Shown here in pieces: positions 12,834-26,224 of a DNA stretch of 64,000 nt; the first letter of the stretch is position 1, and each line of letters begins with the position of its first letter. The notes under the pieces are model-generated. The model was not told the DNA's origin. It was given only the letters and a program-made list of their open reading frames with translations, and ran no database searches. Source of the stretch: Octopus sinensis. Taxonomy: Eukaryota. The stretch covers positions 87,172,001 to 87,236,000 of the forward strand of contig NC_043000.1 in the NCBI RefSeq assembly GCF_006345805.1, given 5' to 3'. A program made the position numbers and the translations under genes.

Positions 12834-14128
12834 TATTGGGTTGGCAACTAAGTTCTCGCCATTTTATAAATTTAAATTTTTAAACGGTTTAATATAAAAT
12901 AACAACTAATTAATCAATAATGTATTCACACTTGTTGTTTACAACTTCTTCCCAACGTTCAACAAGATTTTCAATACCTCGTTGGTAGAAATCGTCCGAT
13001 TTCGACTCGAAAAATTGATCCAACTAACCTCTCAATTCTGCATCAGTATTGAACGAAACTCCGTGCATAACACTTGAAAGAGATCGAAAGATGTGGAAAC
13101 CCATTGGTGCCAAATCAAGAGAGTACGGCGGGTGTGGCAGCACTTCCCAGCTATGCGTTCGAATGGCTTCTTTGGTCATATTGGTGATATGAAGGCAGGC
13201 GTTGTCGTGTAGCAGAATTCCATGCTGCCGATTAGGTCTTTTCTCTTGAATAGCCGTGTTGAATCGTTCCATCTGTTAAGCATAGAGTTCCGCGTTGACC
13301 GTTTGGTTCCGTTCAAACAATTCGTAATGGATAATCCCTTCCCAGTCTCAGCATTCGCACAACATCGTTTTACGCGGATGAAGATCTTGTTTCACACACG
13401 GTGTCGCTTGTTTACCGGGGCTAAGCAATTCCTTACGCTGTTAAATTTTGATGTATAGGCACCATTTTTCGTCGCCAGTAACGATTCGGTAAAGAAATCA
13501 TTGCTTGTGTCCATGAGTTTAGCGGCGACGAGCAAGAAAATCAGCGGAGATTGTGGCTGGTTGATTTTTGTTGTCACTTAAAGCATGCGGAACCCATGCT
13601 CCATACTTCTGAAACTTTCCCATCGAGTGAAGATACTTCTCTATACCAGTGTGGGAGCATTCCATTTTCTTTGCCAGTTCCCTTGTCGTTTGACGATAAT
13701 TTTCGTGCGAGAGTTGGTTTAATCGCTCTTCATCAAACTCAACTGGACGGCCAGAACCAGGTGCGTGTTTGAGGTCAAAATTTCCATTTTTGAACTTGGC
13801 ATACCAATCACGAGCGGTTTTTCAGCTATGGCACCCTCTCCATACACAGCACAAATGGCGCGAGTAGCTTTTGCGGCCTTAGAACCTTGATTAACAGCAA
13901 AAAGAAGGAGGTGTCGAAAGTTTTTCGTTTTTCTTAATTTGACATTCCATTTTAATGATCTGAAATTAAACAAGAATTAATTAAAATTAGCTAGAAAAAA
14001 AGCAAAACAAAATAGATTCCAAAATGATTCAAAAATAGAATTCTCGAAAAAAATAGATTCCAAAAATTAAAAAACGCAATAAATTCAAAAATTTTAAAAA
14101 AGGCGGGAACTTAGTTGCCAACCCAATA
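12834..14128 (-). mobile_element. Full-length (1295 bp) inactive mariner, possibly mellifera-like
   Basis: TIR TATTGGGTTGGCAACTAAGTTC at both ends, TA TSD. Frameshifted transposase with RHLLLF, LHDNA and HPPYSLDLAP. Confidence 0.93.
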
Positions 14129-14269
14129 TAAACAGGGAAAGTATATCCACAGTGATTAAGAACTCAATAAGTCGTTAAACTCCTACATGTTATAATATTG
14201 CAGTAAATATAAGTGGATTATATACATAAGAGGCTAACATATATTATAAGGTAAAATGATCCTTTAGTG

Positions 14270-14796
14270 CAGCGGTTTTCAACCGGAACCCATGTGGTCC
14301 TTAGGGGTCCATGTAAGATTTTGTTGTTAACGGTTATGTATAATAAATTGCTTATACTTCTACAATACGTAAAATGTTTTTTGTGCAATTCCTAATAATA
14401 TTCAATTATAAAATGCAGCAGGTTTTTTTTTTATATATATCGAATGGCTATGAAGATCTACCTGAATAAAATAAAAGATCAAAGGAGTCCATAGGTAAAA
14501 AAAGAAAATAGGTAAAGTTACCTTCTTGAGTCATGCCAGTCTCATGGGGGCCGGTTTCCCGGTTTCCATGGCGTATAAATACCCCACGTGGACGGGACGC
14601 CGGTCCGTCGCAGGATTACTCATTTTTGCCAGCTGAGTGACCTGGAGCAACGCGAAATAAAATGTTTTGCTCCAGAGCACAATGTGTCGCTCGGTCCCAG
14701 GATTCGAAATCACAATCTTACGATCATGAGTCCAATACCCTAACCACTAAGCCACGCATCTCCATTCCATAGGCAAAAAATTGTTGAGAACCACTG
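14270..14796. mobile_element. hAT (Charlie-like) MITE carrying a nested SINE
   Basis: TIRs CAGCGGTTTTCAAC / GTTGAGAACCACTG; 8-bp flanks CTTTAGTG / CTTTAGAA. Confidence 0.75.
14503..14766 (-). mobile_element. tRNA-derived SINE family 3 with about 14-bp TSD
   Basis: Head GGAGATGCGTGGCTTAGTGGTTAGGG...GATTTCGAATCCTGG; TSD CCATAGG(T/C)AAAAAA at 14489 and 14767. Confidence 0.8.
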
Positions 14797-14813
14797 CTTT
14801 AGAACATCATATA

Positions 14814-15240
14814 TCTCTCTATATATAAAACTGAGAATGTGTGTCTGTCTGTCTGTCTGTCTGTCTGTGTGTTTCCCTAAAACTTGAGAACTGCACAACC
14901 AATTTCATTCAAATTTTACACATGCCTTACTTAGGGTCCGGGGAGTGTCATCGGCAAAATTTTTTAACCTTTTGCCTAGGGCGAGCCCACAGCAATATCA
15001 TATCCTCTCCACTATGATTCCCTAAAACTTGAGAACTACGTAACCAATTTCACTCAAATTTTACACATGCCTTATTTAGGGTCCATGTAGTTTCATGGGC
15101 AAAAGAAATATTCAAATTCTTGCCTAGGGCGAGCCCATAGCAATATCATATCTTCTCCACTATTTCAGTATTATGTGTTAAAAGTGAAACAAAAACATCT
15201 CTCTATTTTATGTCAGATACTTTCACTTTAACAATAAAAA
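14814..15240 (+). mobile_element. Non-autonomous Helitron-like (Lep1/HINE-type) element with about 150-bp internal tandem duplication
   Basis: TCTCTCTATATATAAAA start, (CTGT)n, CCCTAAAACTTGAGAACT..AACCAATTTCA.TCAAATTTTACACATG occurring twice. Confidence 0.65.
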
Positions 15241-16229
15241 TTAGAGATAATAATAACAATTGAATTATATGTAGTAAGTAATAATTAAAATCAAACTAAA
15301 GTATAATTTAATAATTAAATCGTAACATAACAATTAAAAGTAAAAATAGCAATTGGTATAAAATTGCATCAATGACTTGAAGTTGAATAAGTGGTTTCAC
15401 ATAAATGGAAAAAAAAATTTAAGTGCAGAAATGGAATAGTCCAGATGTAGCTGTGCACATACCCTTTACCACGGCTTTTACATTAGATTATCTGCTAATT
15501 AGCTAGCATTAAGTATCTATATGAAGTTTGGCTGTATGTAATGTCTGTTTTCTCGAACAGCCGCTTCTACTGAGTACTGCTGTTAGTTTATTTCTGATCC
15601 ATAAAGGACTATAGCTTCAACGGAGTACTGCTTTTTGATTCACCGTAAGGTTTGTTGTTATTATTATTACTGTTTAACTATTGTTATCACGTTTGTTGGT
15701 ACCTCGTAAGGGAAGCGTTGTTGTTTTGCATTTGTTAAATAATTGTAAACCGTAACCCTCCCCCTTTGGGAGAAGGAGCTTTGCTTATTGTTTAAAAATT
15801 GAATTGTGTCCCTGTTTGGGGAAATTGACAATATTTTCACCGTCTATACGGAAGCATTTTTGTTAAAATGTCTTCGATAGAAGTACAAAAATGAATTTCG
15901 CTGCAGCCGTCGGCGGGCGCGAACTCATTAAAATTAAAATGGAAGAAATACGAACCTATTTCGGATTGATCACTGACAAAGACGGTGAATCTAGGATAAC
16001 ACCACCAAACGGGTCATAATGCTAGTAGAATATAAAGTAAAGACGCTTTAATTTCACCAACTGTCCACAATTTAATTACGCTCAACAACTCTTTCATTAG
16101 AAATAAAAATTATTAATTCAATAATTTAGTCATTAAGATAGATACTTAAATAATTTAGATTAATTTAAATTAGATTAATTTAAAGCAATGTTCATTCCAG
16201 TTCATTGAGAGTATTACGTGTTATGTTAA

Positions 16230-18720
16230 GGAGAAAGGCTGCTGGTTTGAATACAACCAAGACAGAAAGAAGCTGATAGCTGTTGACCCAAGAAGATGGT
16301 AGCGTTGTTTGGACCGAATCGTGGCAGAATCATGATATTTTGCAGCGATTGGGATTTGTTTTACAAATGGATTTTCCACTTTATAATTGTCTCGCCAAGT
16401 ACTTTTTAGGAACTTCCGTAAATTCCTCATTATTTCCTGTATTTTCATTTCTCCCCCACCCACTCAGAATTTAAAATCTCCGATAAAAGCCCTCACGTTC
16501 CCTGTCACACCCAGCTAGGTAACTTCAAATACTCACATCATAGGTGCTATCGTTATCTCTCAATTTCAAATACTACAACTAAATCCGGCCCGCAATTTTA
16601 GTACTAAATTATTCAGAACCGCACTTTTGCCAGGCTCATTGCATCACATGCATATTTTCTCATGAATTTCACATAGGTAGAACTGGACACCTTTTTATGT
16701 GACTGTTTCCACGCATCCCTGAAGTATTCATCACCACGTCAAGAGCAAACTCATAGCCTACTATTTCAATTCATCTGGCCATCTCATCGACCGCTTCTTG
16801 TCTGGAGTTTCTGAAACTGAAGTGACTTATTTTCATGCTTAACACTGTTTCACCTATTGCCTAACTGAACAATTCCCTTTGACTTCCATGCAGGAAAACC
16901 ATCAATAAACATTTTTCTCGTCGGTTACCCCTTTCATCTGAGAGCTTTAGGCTTCTTGATTTGGTTGTGTGATTGATATTTAATACAAATATACAGTATT
17001 TACTCTTGCCAGTTAACTTTTATGTTTCTGTAAAAATATGTTTCTGTAATATTTTATGTTTCTGTAAAAAAAATACCAATCAGGTAGCAGGGATACTGTG
17101 CCACTCAAACAATTAAATGAACAGAATATTTAAGAGTTATAAATTCTAGATATTATAGCATACAAAATTTACAACAATATTAAGTACAGAAAAGCAGTTC
17201 CTGGCATACCACATCTTATCCCTCTTGTATATACTTATTTCGCATTCAGAAGAAAAATAATTCTATAGTAACATCAGATCATTTAAGTGAAACATCTCAA
17301 ATCTGTTTCATGATTTAGTTTTAACTGAGTCATAGGACTGAATCCACAGTCAGCACTAAAAGCTTGCAATGTAACATAGATATCAATAACAGTTGACATA
17401 TCATATGCTTCTATGTAAACAATATGACATCAATAAATGATTCAAGCTACTTGTAAAATGCAATTTTAATTCAATTACTCTTGGAATATTTTTGTAGCAA
17501 TGTTTATATTTATTTCTTACTAAGTACTTTTGTATTACATTTAGCTTCTCTGGCTACCATGGAAACCGGAATATTCGGGTCCTATTAACTCAACTTTTAA
17601 ATGAAATCATGAATTTTCTCTAAATGTAACAATTGAGTTCGTACCCAAATCCGAATCAGAGACAAGAAGCGCTTTCAATTTTTCATTCCAGTAAACTCAC
17701 CAAAATATTGTAATCTTCATTTGCTTCTATTTATCTTGACGTTGTGCAATTCTGTGTTCAAACAAGGTAATCGAAATCTCATTAAGAATAACCAATGAAA
17801 TTCTATTCAGTGGATCAGGCATAATTTCTCATTAGAGCACTATAGCAAAATTTCTTTAAAGCTATCGCAAAATTTCTTTAAAGCTATCGCAAAATTTCCT
17901 TAAAGTATTCAGAGATCTAAATAATAACGCAACATACCCTGTAACTCTAATTCTGTAGACTTTGCTTTTGTAATTTTACCAGTTTACACTGTAACAGAGT
18001 TTCTAAAGTTTTTATGCACCATCCAGCCTCAAATTTTCTCAGCGGAAGCATCACTTCTGTAATAGACGTTTTATTTCTTTTAGAATTGCTGCTAACTCAT
18101 TATTTTTCTCATCATAACTCGTGCACCATCTCATGTTAGCATTTCCATCGTTTGAAAGTCAAGATTATTGTGGATGTAAAAATTCTTTACTGCCAATACA
18201 ATGCTGATTTTTGTCAGTAGCAGTTAACTTCAAAATGCCAACAAATACAGCTTTCTAAATGATTCCATTTTGTAGTCTGCATTTGACATACAGTACTAGA
18301 TTTGTTTTGGATAGCAATATCTCTACTTTCAGCTACGATCAATTTGCGGAAGCAGATTTCTTCAATTCATCTATTACTTCTCTTTCAACAATAACACTGA
18401 TTTATTCAACAAATTCAAAAGCACAGTTCTTGCATTGCTATCTTTCAAGAATATTTACATATTTGGCCATGTGTGAATTAATTTTTTCAATACGAATCAA
18501 TGAAATATTTTAACTCCTACCATAACATTGTCAATAAGTACTTTAACAACCATCTCAGTACCAGACTTCTTCCGAGTGTCTTACTCTACTCTAGATTTTC
18601 GTTCAAGTGTTCAGAGTTTCTCTTAGCATTCTTAAAGCATTGCCTTCTTCAGCTTTCATAATTTGTTGATAAAATTCAAATGACAGCTTTAGTTGAGCTG
18701 TCGTTTTAAAGAATCCAACT
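16230..18720 (-). mobile_element. Highly degraded CR1/L2-group LINE (RT remnants)
   Basis: Minus-strand remnants IGPEYSGFHGSQRS (cf. QHGFRPGRS), VIDIYVTLQAFS (cf. YLDFQKAFD) and GIRCGMPG; many stops. Confidence 0.5.
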
Positions 18721-19021
18721 TACATTCTTACCATTTCTTCCTTGTCAAAACCAAATACCAGTTCATTATGAAATGAGGTCGAAACGATTTTAGTGCAAGC
18801 TTATAATTATACATACATGCATAATACATACATACACACATACATGCAAACTTACATACATGCATGCATACATTCATACATACGTATACACATGCATACA
18901 TATATATATATATAATATATATATATACATATGATATATATATACATGTATACACACACACACACATATATATATATACACACAGATACATACATACATA
19001 TATATATATACATACATACAT

Positions 19022-19052
<31 letters not shown>

Positions 19053-19066
19053 ATATATATATATAT

Positions 19067-19116
<50 letters not shown>

Positions 19117-19189
19117 GTAAATAAATAAAACATATGCATATATACATACATATATGTACGTACCTACCTCTACATGTATATATACATGC

Positions 19190-19500
19190 ATATATGGGTA
19201 CAGGACACCAAAAAAACGTCGAACACAATGAGAAACGAAAACATAAACACAAAACCGAGGAAATGGACATTTTTTTAAACAACGAAAAGATAGAGCACAG
19301 GACATACAAACAAGGAAAATTCCCCTTCTTCAGTCGCCATAATTTCATCTACTCCACGTTTCGAAGGTCAGGCAATACATGACTTCAATGAAATTTTCCT
19401 TCCCGCGGAAATCAAATTAAATAAAATTTGAGATTTTTTTGCGGAGGGGTAAAAATGGTAACAAAAACAGGACAGTAACGACAGTACAAAATATAAACAG
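19190..19500 (-). repeat. Unclassified interspersed repeat (family of 8380-8660)
   Basis: Reverse-complement similarity to 8380-8660. Confidence 0.7.
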
Positions 19501-19649
19501 GACAACGGAAAATAACAGTAACACAAACAAGGAGAAACAGAGTTACATATTAGAGTAACCGACTAAGGGATATAATATCCGTATATACTATCGGTATTCG
19601 TTAACTGTATTATCACCGGAAAATGGAGTGCAGGCATACCATACACGTA

Positions 19650-20660
19650 GAGTGCAGATAACAACAGAGTTTCATTATTTGATATTACTTTAGTATGTGA
19701 CTTGGCTTTAAATATTATCTGCCTTGTTGTAAGAGCCATTTTATTTGTGCATTGTAGACCACCTATGGGATGGATTTTGCTTACATACCTGTATATACCT
19801 AATTATTACTAAAATTCAATATATACGAGGTTTAGCCCAATTTCATTCCCTAGCAGTGTTTATCTAACCGCTGAATTACCAGTACTAGATGCCTCCCCTT
19901 AACCACTAACCGGTAGATTCTCTAGTTCTTCCCGCATGCATGTTATAACGTTAAGATGCTGAAGGACATAAACGGCCTTCAATATCTATGCATTGACTTA
20001 TCCACCGCATCTTTTTTCTTCTTTATTTTATAAAAAATCCTTTGTAACGGTTTTAACTTGTGATCCCGCTGGACTTAGACTTGTCCCATTGTGGATCGTA
20101 GGTGGGATTCTCGGTAATAATTTCTGTGAGTAAATTTTTTCTTTAGCACCCTACGATAATTGTTTACTCCGTTAGCATGGGTACTGTCCTTTGGTAATCA
20201 TGTTAGTATTTTCCTCATATATAGTTTCTTGATAACTTCTTTTTTTAAACGCGCTGACCTCACCTTTAAATTGCACCTACCCGTTATACTCCCTAGACCT
20301 TTACTAACTTACTCTTTTACCTACCGACCCTGATGGTAAATAATTATTTGCTCTTAACATATTAGGCTTCTAGAATACTTATCAAAGCCATATTTTCTTT
20401 ACTTTTCTTTTTTCTTCTTTTTTTATATATTGTATGCTCTTGTTTTTCACTCTGATAAAAATCCGCTACCTTAATTCGAATGCCGTATGAAGATGAAGAA
20501 TTTTATTCTCGCACTTATGTATAGACTGCATTTTGGCAATCCGATCAGTAACGGCCGTAAGATATGTTACGTCGCCTATTGTGTTATGTCATGCTTTGTA
20601 TAAGCTATAAACGTGGTCCAATCCATGTGTTGGTTAATCTGTGGTTTTTCCATTTTCTAA
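19650..20660 (+). mobile_element. PLE-like 3' region/pseudo-LTR with degenerate hammerhead at 20482-20555
   Basis: GCCGT-ATGAAGA...GCAATCCGATCAGTA-ACGGC with a perfect 5-bp stem I and a mutated core; resembles 63761-63860. Confidence 0.45.
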
Positions 20661-20680
20661 TTATTTATATACATACATAG

Positions 20681-20856
20681 GCATAGGAGTGGCTGTGTGG
20701 TAAGTAGCTTGCTTACGAACCACATGGTTCCGGCTTCAGCCCCACTGCGTGGTACCTTGGGCAAATGTCTTCTAATATAGCCTCGGGCCGACCAAAGTCT
20801 TGTGAGTGGATTTGGTAGACGGGAACTGAAAAGAAGCTCGTCGTATATATGTATAT

Positions 20857-20943
<87 letters not shown>

Positions 20944-21150
20944 GTGTCTGTGTTTGCCCTCACCAACATCGCTTGACAGCCGATGCTGGTGTGTTTACGT
21001 CCCCGTAACTTAGTGGTTCGGCAAAAGAGAACCGATAGAATAAGAACTAGACTTACAAAGAATAAGTCCTGGGGTCGATTTTCTCAACTAAAGGCGGTGC
21101 TCCAGCATGGCCACAGTCAAATGACTGAAACAAGTAAAAGAGTAAGAGAG
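20681..21150 (+). mobile_element. Full-length SINE family 1 (tRNA head, internal TA microsatellite)
   Basis: GGCATAGGAGTGGCTGTGTGGTAAG (A box), GGCTTCAGCCCC (B-box like), tail GACTGAAACAAGTAAAAGAG. Confidence 0.9.
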
Positions 21151-21177
21151 ATACATATATACATACATGCATACATA

Positions 21178-21251
<74 letters not shown>

Positions 21252-21730
21252 CATTAACAGCGAGATGAGCATTATTAACATCAAAAGGCAATCTTTATCG
21301 TCAGCGTAACATGGGCGACATGTTAGAAAGTAGAATACTGCGTTATTTACTTGGAGAGAACCTCTCATATGGACTCGTCGTGCATCAAAGCGCCAGTATC
21401 TATATTGTTGACAGACGAGAACTGTCTACCACAGTAGCTGGAACTGCCAGATCACTTGATTTTGACTTACTTTGGGCTCTTCAGTAACGGACATCCAGTA
21501 GCGTCATAACTGCTGAAACTCACGTCAACGATATATAGACTATCACTGGCTATTCAGGTATCGATGTCGCAAATAATCAGTGGGCTTATTAAAAATAATT
21601 AAGAGCGATAGAAACATTATTAATACCAAAAAGCAATCTTTATCCCCAACACAACGTAGGCGTGATGTTAGAACACAGAATACTGTATCTATCTCCAACT
21701 TCCCTTCCTTGGACCTTTCCTTTTTCTATG

Positions 21731-21764
21731 TTTCTGACGAAGAGCTTCGCTCGAAACGTTAAAT
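21731..21764 (+). ncRNA. Minimal type I hammerhead ribozyme with intact core in a PLE pseudo-LTR fragment (about 21690-21870)
   Basis: GTTT-CTGACGA-A-GAGC(TTC)GCTC-GAA-ACGT-T-AAAT: stem I 4 bp, stem II 4 bp, palindromic stem III, GUU triplet. Confidence 0.72.
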
Positions 21765-21858
21765 CCTCCTTCTTTCTTTCCATTCCTGAACGTCCAATAA
21801 CACTATACTTGTTCCACGTGCTCGCGTTGTTGTGTTTTCTCTTTGTTCATGTTTGGAT

Positions 21859-21918
<60 letters not shown>

Positions 21919-21925
21919 TGTATAC

Positions 21926-21956
<31 letters not shown>

Positions 21957-22047
21957 ACGGGAAGCTTTATGAAAATAAACAAAAGACGAAGGCAGGTGGA
22001 ATACAAACAAACAATTGTATTAGTATGGCGCTCCACATGTATACATG

Positions 22048-22087
<40 letters not shown>

Positions 22088-23084
22088 CACACACGCACAT
22101 AAATATACAAATATATGTATATTGATAAAATTATGCAGAAATTTATCAACACATACATATAAGCATATTTATAAATATATATAAATATATACAAATACAT
22201 TGATACAAATATATTCGTATTTAGCTACATAGACATATTATACAATCGTATGCTACTTATATCGAACACTTTTTGCTGAATTGCTAAGTTATGGAGATAA
22301 ACAAATCAACTCCTATTCCAAGGTAGCGAGGAGGAAAACACAAAGAACACATACACACGCATAGGCACACCCATACTGAGGCTATTAGTTCTGTTTCTCA
22401 ATAGCAGGACTAATAGCCAGTTGTTAAAACTCAATATTCTTATAATGTACGGTATTTGTAAATGTCGTTTGCGTAAAAGTATGAACACACAAATATCTTT
22501 TCCTTTGAACTTTCATATTAACCACATTTTTTGGGGGGAAATGAGAAAAGAACAAGCTGTAAGTGGGCTGTGTTAGTGTGTATGTGTGTATGTGTGTGTG
22601 TGTCGTCTGCTATATATACAGATCTATGTGTTTATATTTGAGGAGCGTGCGCGTGTTCATGTACATCTTGATACCAGTATTGCTGTGTGTATGTGTGTGT
22701 GTGTGCGTGTGTGTGAATGTGTGAGGTGTGTGTTAGTGTGTGTGCGTGTGTGTGAATGTGTGAGGTGTGTGTTAGTGTGTGTGCAGTATGCGTGTGTTGA
22801 AGTTGTTTGGAGAAAGTGAGTAGTGAACTGAGGCCTAAGGTGGTGTAGATTCAGAGAGAAAAATCAAACGCAGCTGTCTATGAAATCTAGACTTATTGTA
22901 GCTTTTATGTAATGCTAAGCTAAACATTTTGGCATGTCTTGTCGAGGGGAGCAATGAGAGAGAGAGATAAAGAGAGAGGGGGAGAGAGAGGGGGGAGAGA
23001 GGGGGAGAGAGAGAGGGGAGAGAGAGGAGAGAGAGAGAGGGGAGAGAGAGAAGAGAGAGAGAGAGGGGAGAGAGAGAGAAAGAG

Positions 23085-24715
23085 AGAGAGAGAGTGTCTG
23101 GTTGCTAAGTTGGATGACTCGAAGATGATCAGTGAAGCAGTTGGTTTAACCGGTGTACAAGGTGTCACAGCGAGGGTAATTTAAGCAGTAGATAGTACAG
23201 GTGAAGCAATCAGAATTGTGGAAGGTTCGGTGGTTGGGTTTTGTGAGGGAGGTGGTGATGGTGAGGAACCGACAGGTATGACAAAGGCGGCGAGCTGACA
23301 GAAGCGTTAGCACGCAGGGCGAAATGCTTTGTGGTATTTCGTCTACCGCTACGTTCTGAGTTCAAATTCCGCCGAGGTCGACTTTGCCTTTCATCCTTTC
23401 GGGGTCGATAAAATGAGTACCAGTTACGCACTGGGGTCGATATAATCGACTTAATCCATTTGTCTCTCCTTGTTTGTCCTCTCTGTATTTAGCCCCTTGC
23501 GGGTATTAAAGAAATAGGTATGACAATGGAACCGCGAATAAGGGGAAGGAGGAAAGGAGGGAAAGTGGATGCTTCGGACAAGTCAGTCCCAGAGGATACA
23601 GGCGCGCTTGAATGAGTGGAGGGGTGAATCATGAAGAAAGGGAAGGGTGGTAGCATCATATTTGAGGAAGCAGGAGGTAACTTATGGCGAAGGGGTAAGG
23701 TGCAAAAGGAGAGGGAAGAGGATGTGGTTGGGAGTAAAGAGGCTGCATAGGAAGGGGTAGTGGTGCGCTTAATTTGGCGGGCTACGACGCCTTGGGCTAG
23801 GGTGCATGAAAATACAGGTTGTATGTTGTGACGGGATGTCAAAGTTTTAGTCGCGGTTACACAGACGGCGGAATCACAGAAATTGAGAGTAAAGGAGGGC
23901 CTGATTAACGTAGAAAGAGTAGAAGGATAAAAATCAAGACAAAAGTGAGTCAGTGGATCTATAGGAAGTAGTGGAGTGTTGTGTGATCGATGTGATTGCT
24001 AGAGATATTTATGTCGAGGTAGTTAATAGATGTTTCTGAGATGAATTTCAGGGAACAGTTGAAGTAAGATGACAAATGAGATGAAAGTATATGGTTGTTC
24101 GCTGGAGATGAAGGTGATACTCTTTTTTATAAAGCGACGGGTGAAATATGATAAAATTTGGACCTCGGCTTAGTCAACGAACAGGTCGACATAGTTAGGG
24201 ACCATTCTCGTTTTCATAGCGATCACAGATAGATGTCGAGCACAAGTTCGGATAAGCAGGAAACGGTGTGCGTACTGGGTTGAAGGATGATGCAAGTATT
24301 AGTGGAGCAATAGACCATCGTTAGGGGGCAGGATGACAATGTAGAGGAATTTAATGTCCATGGGGAAGAGAAGGCGGGTTCTAAGGCATGATTTGGCTCC
24401 AAAATGGGAGAAAAATATCTGAAGGTGAAAGGATGAGATCTAGGTATTTGGATGTTGAGTTCGGTCGGGCAGTTACAGAAGGTGACTATCGAGAGGACTG
24501 TAGGAAGGTGACTATAAATTTTGAAAAAGAAATAGGTGGTATTTAGGCAGTGAAGGAAGGGAACAGGAGGAGAGGAGTTCATGGATATTAGAAGACATAT
24601 GCTGTTGGAGGCGGGTGTGAGTTTGGGGAGCAGGAGGTGATAGGAGGCAGCGTTGCGAAGCTGTCGGGGCATCTCCACCCATTAGATGTCGGCGCGCCAT
24701 TCCACCACAAATACA
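23085..24715 (-). mobile_element. Degraded Penelope-like element (RT plus GIY-YIG), split by a SINE
   Basis: IAMKTRMVPNYVDLFV (cf. GTAMGTRMGPNYA), SETSINYLDINI; FTCTIYC..RCDTLYTG at 23090-23210. Confidence 0.75.
23286..23520 (+). mobile_element. Full-length SINE family 2
   Basis: GGCGGCGAGCTG.CAGAA head; central TTTCATCCTTTCGGGGTCGATAAAATGAGTACCAG (Meta/beta-domain-like, from recall). Confidence 0.9.
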
Positions 24716-24719
24716 CCCT

Positions 24720-25109
24720 TACCAACATCTATATAAAATATTTTATATGAATGATATGTATGTGTGTATATACAGAAGCAAATATGGGGATAAGCAAATT
24801 GGGCAGATCAATATATAAAGTATATTAAATACATGAAATACAAAATATGTATAAATGTATACATATAAAAAGGTCCAATTTACACAGAGTTCAAATGATA
24901 CAGAAAATTAAAGGGGTGGAAGAAAGGTATTATAAATCTAAAAGCTGTTTCTGGGGGCTCGACGATCCATAAGAATGTTTGTAGCTAAATTCCACCAGAG
25001 AACGCAGCCGTATTTAACATAGGACGAGACAAGCCTCCGTCTTCAGGGAAGAGATCTTACATTTGAGATCTTAAAGCAGAGAAGTTCAAAGATGTGTGTG
25101 TGTGTATAT

Positions 25110-25180
<71 letters not shown>

Positions 25181-26080
25181 AAACCAAAAAATAAGCAACA
25201 AGAATGGATCCGGTAATTTAGTACAATTGTTTCATACTATAACAATTTATTAAAGCTGCAAATATTACAGCAAATATATGTCAAGTAATCTTCAGCCAAT
25301 TTCATATACGTTTTCCAATAATGTAAAGTTCTCAAATCAATTAGTAACATCTTAGAGAGTGTAAATATACCGATAAAGTTGTAGATGTGAGTTTCAGGAA
25401 CTTGAAGCAAGATGCCAAGCAAACCAAGATTGAGTTCATATATGCTTTCCAGCATTGTAAAGTTCTCAAATTAATTAGTGGCATCCCAGAGAAGGTAAAT
25501 ATACCGATAAAGTTTTGGATATGAATTTCAGGAAACATAAAGAAAGATGCCAGTCAGACCAAGATTAAGTTCGCATCTAACTGTTGCAAGAAAAAATTTA
25601 TTTAGTGGTAGGAATGGTAGTAGGGTAGGTTAAGGAAGCCGATTAGCTGGAGAAAAGAACAGAAGGAGAAAAAATGTTGGGGGTGTAAAAGGAACAAAGA
25701 CAGATTGACACTAAAAAGAAGGGTCAGTCTATTTCTATGGTGAGAGAAAATTCTAGGTCAGTGTAAAAGGAATATTAAATTCTTAAGGTTGACTACACCT
25801 TGCTTTCAAATGAAAGCCATCAGAATTTATAGTAGGAGAAAGGAAGATCTAAGGAAAACTATAAGAGGGTCTTAGGTTATCGGCTTAGGTTATCACATCT
25901 ACAACTTTATCGGTATATTTACACTCTCTAAGATGTTACTAATTGATTTGAGAACTTAACATTATTGGAAAACCTTGACATATTATATTTGCTGTAATAT
26001 TTGCAGCTTTAATAAATTGTTATAGTATGAAACAATTGTACTAAATTACCGGATCCATTCTTGTTGCTTATTTTTTGGTT
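24720..26080 (-). mobile_element. PLE-like element end with hammerhead-like motif (24938-25048) and inverted terminal duplication
   Basis: Minus strand CTGAAGA-CGGAGGCT...AGCCCCCA-GAAACAGCT; inverted arms 25182-25390 and 25893-26080; about 133-bp internal tandem repeat. Confidence 0.55.
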
Positions 26081-26180
26081 ATAATTACCCCACATAATTT
26101 TATGGGTAATACCATAAAAAATTCTGGTGCATCTAAATTAAGTACCATATTCATTTGAATCTAAATTGTTTTGCTGAACT

Positions 26181-26223
<43 letters not shown>

Positions 26224-26224
26224 A

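Noticed and set aside
17843-17905. Three copies of a unit of about 23 bp
   Set aside because: Ordinary slippage duplication inside the degraded LINE.
19321-19380. Hammerhead in the 8380/19190 repeat family (CTGA..CCTTCGAAACGT)
   Set aside because: Core elements are in the wrong order or lack stem II.
20681-20760. tRNA genes at SINE heads (also 14720-14766 and 46520-46590)
   Set aside because: A and B boxes only, continuing into SINE bodies; no complete cloverleaf.
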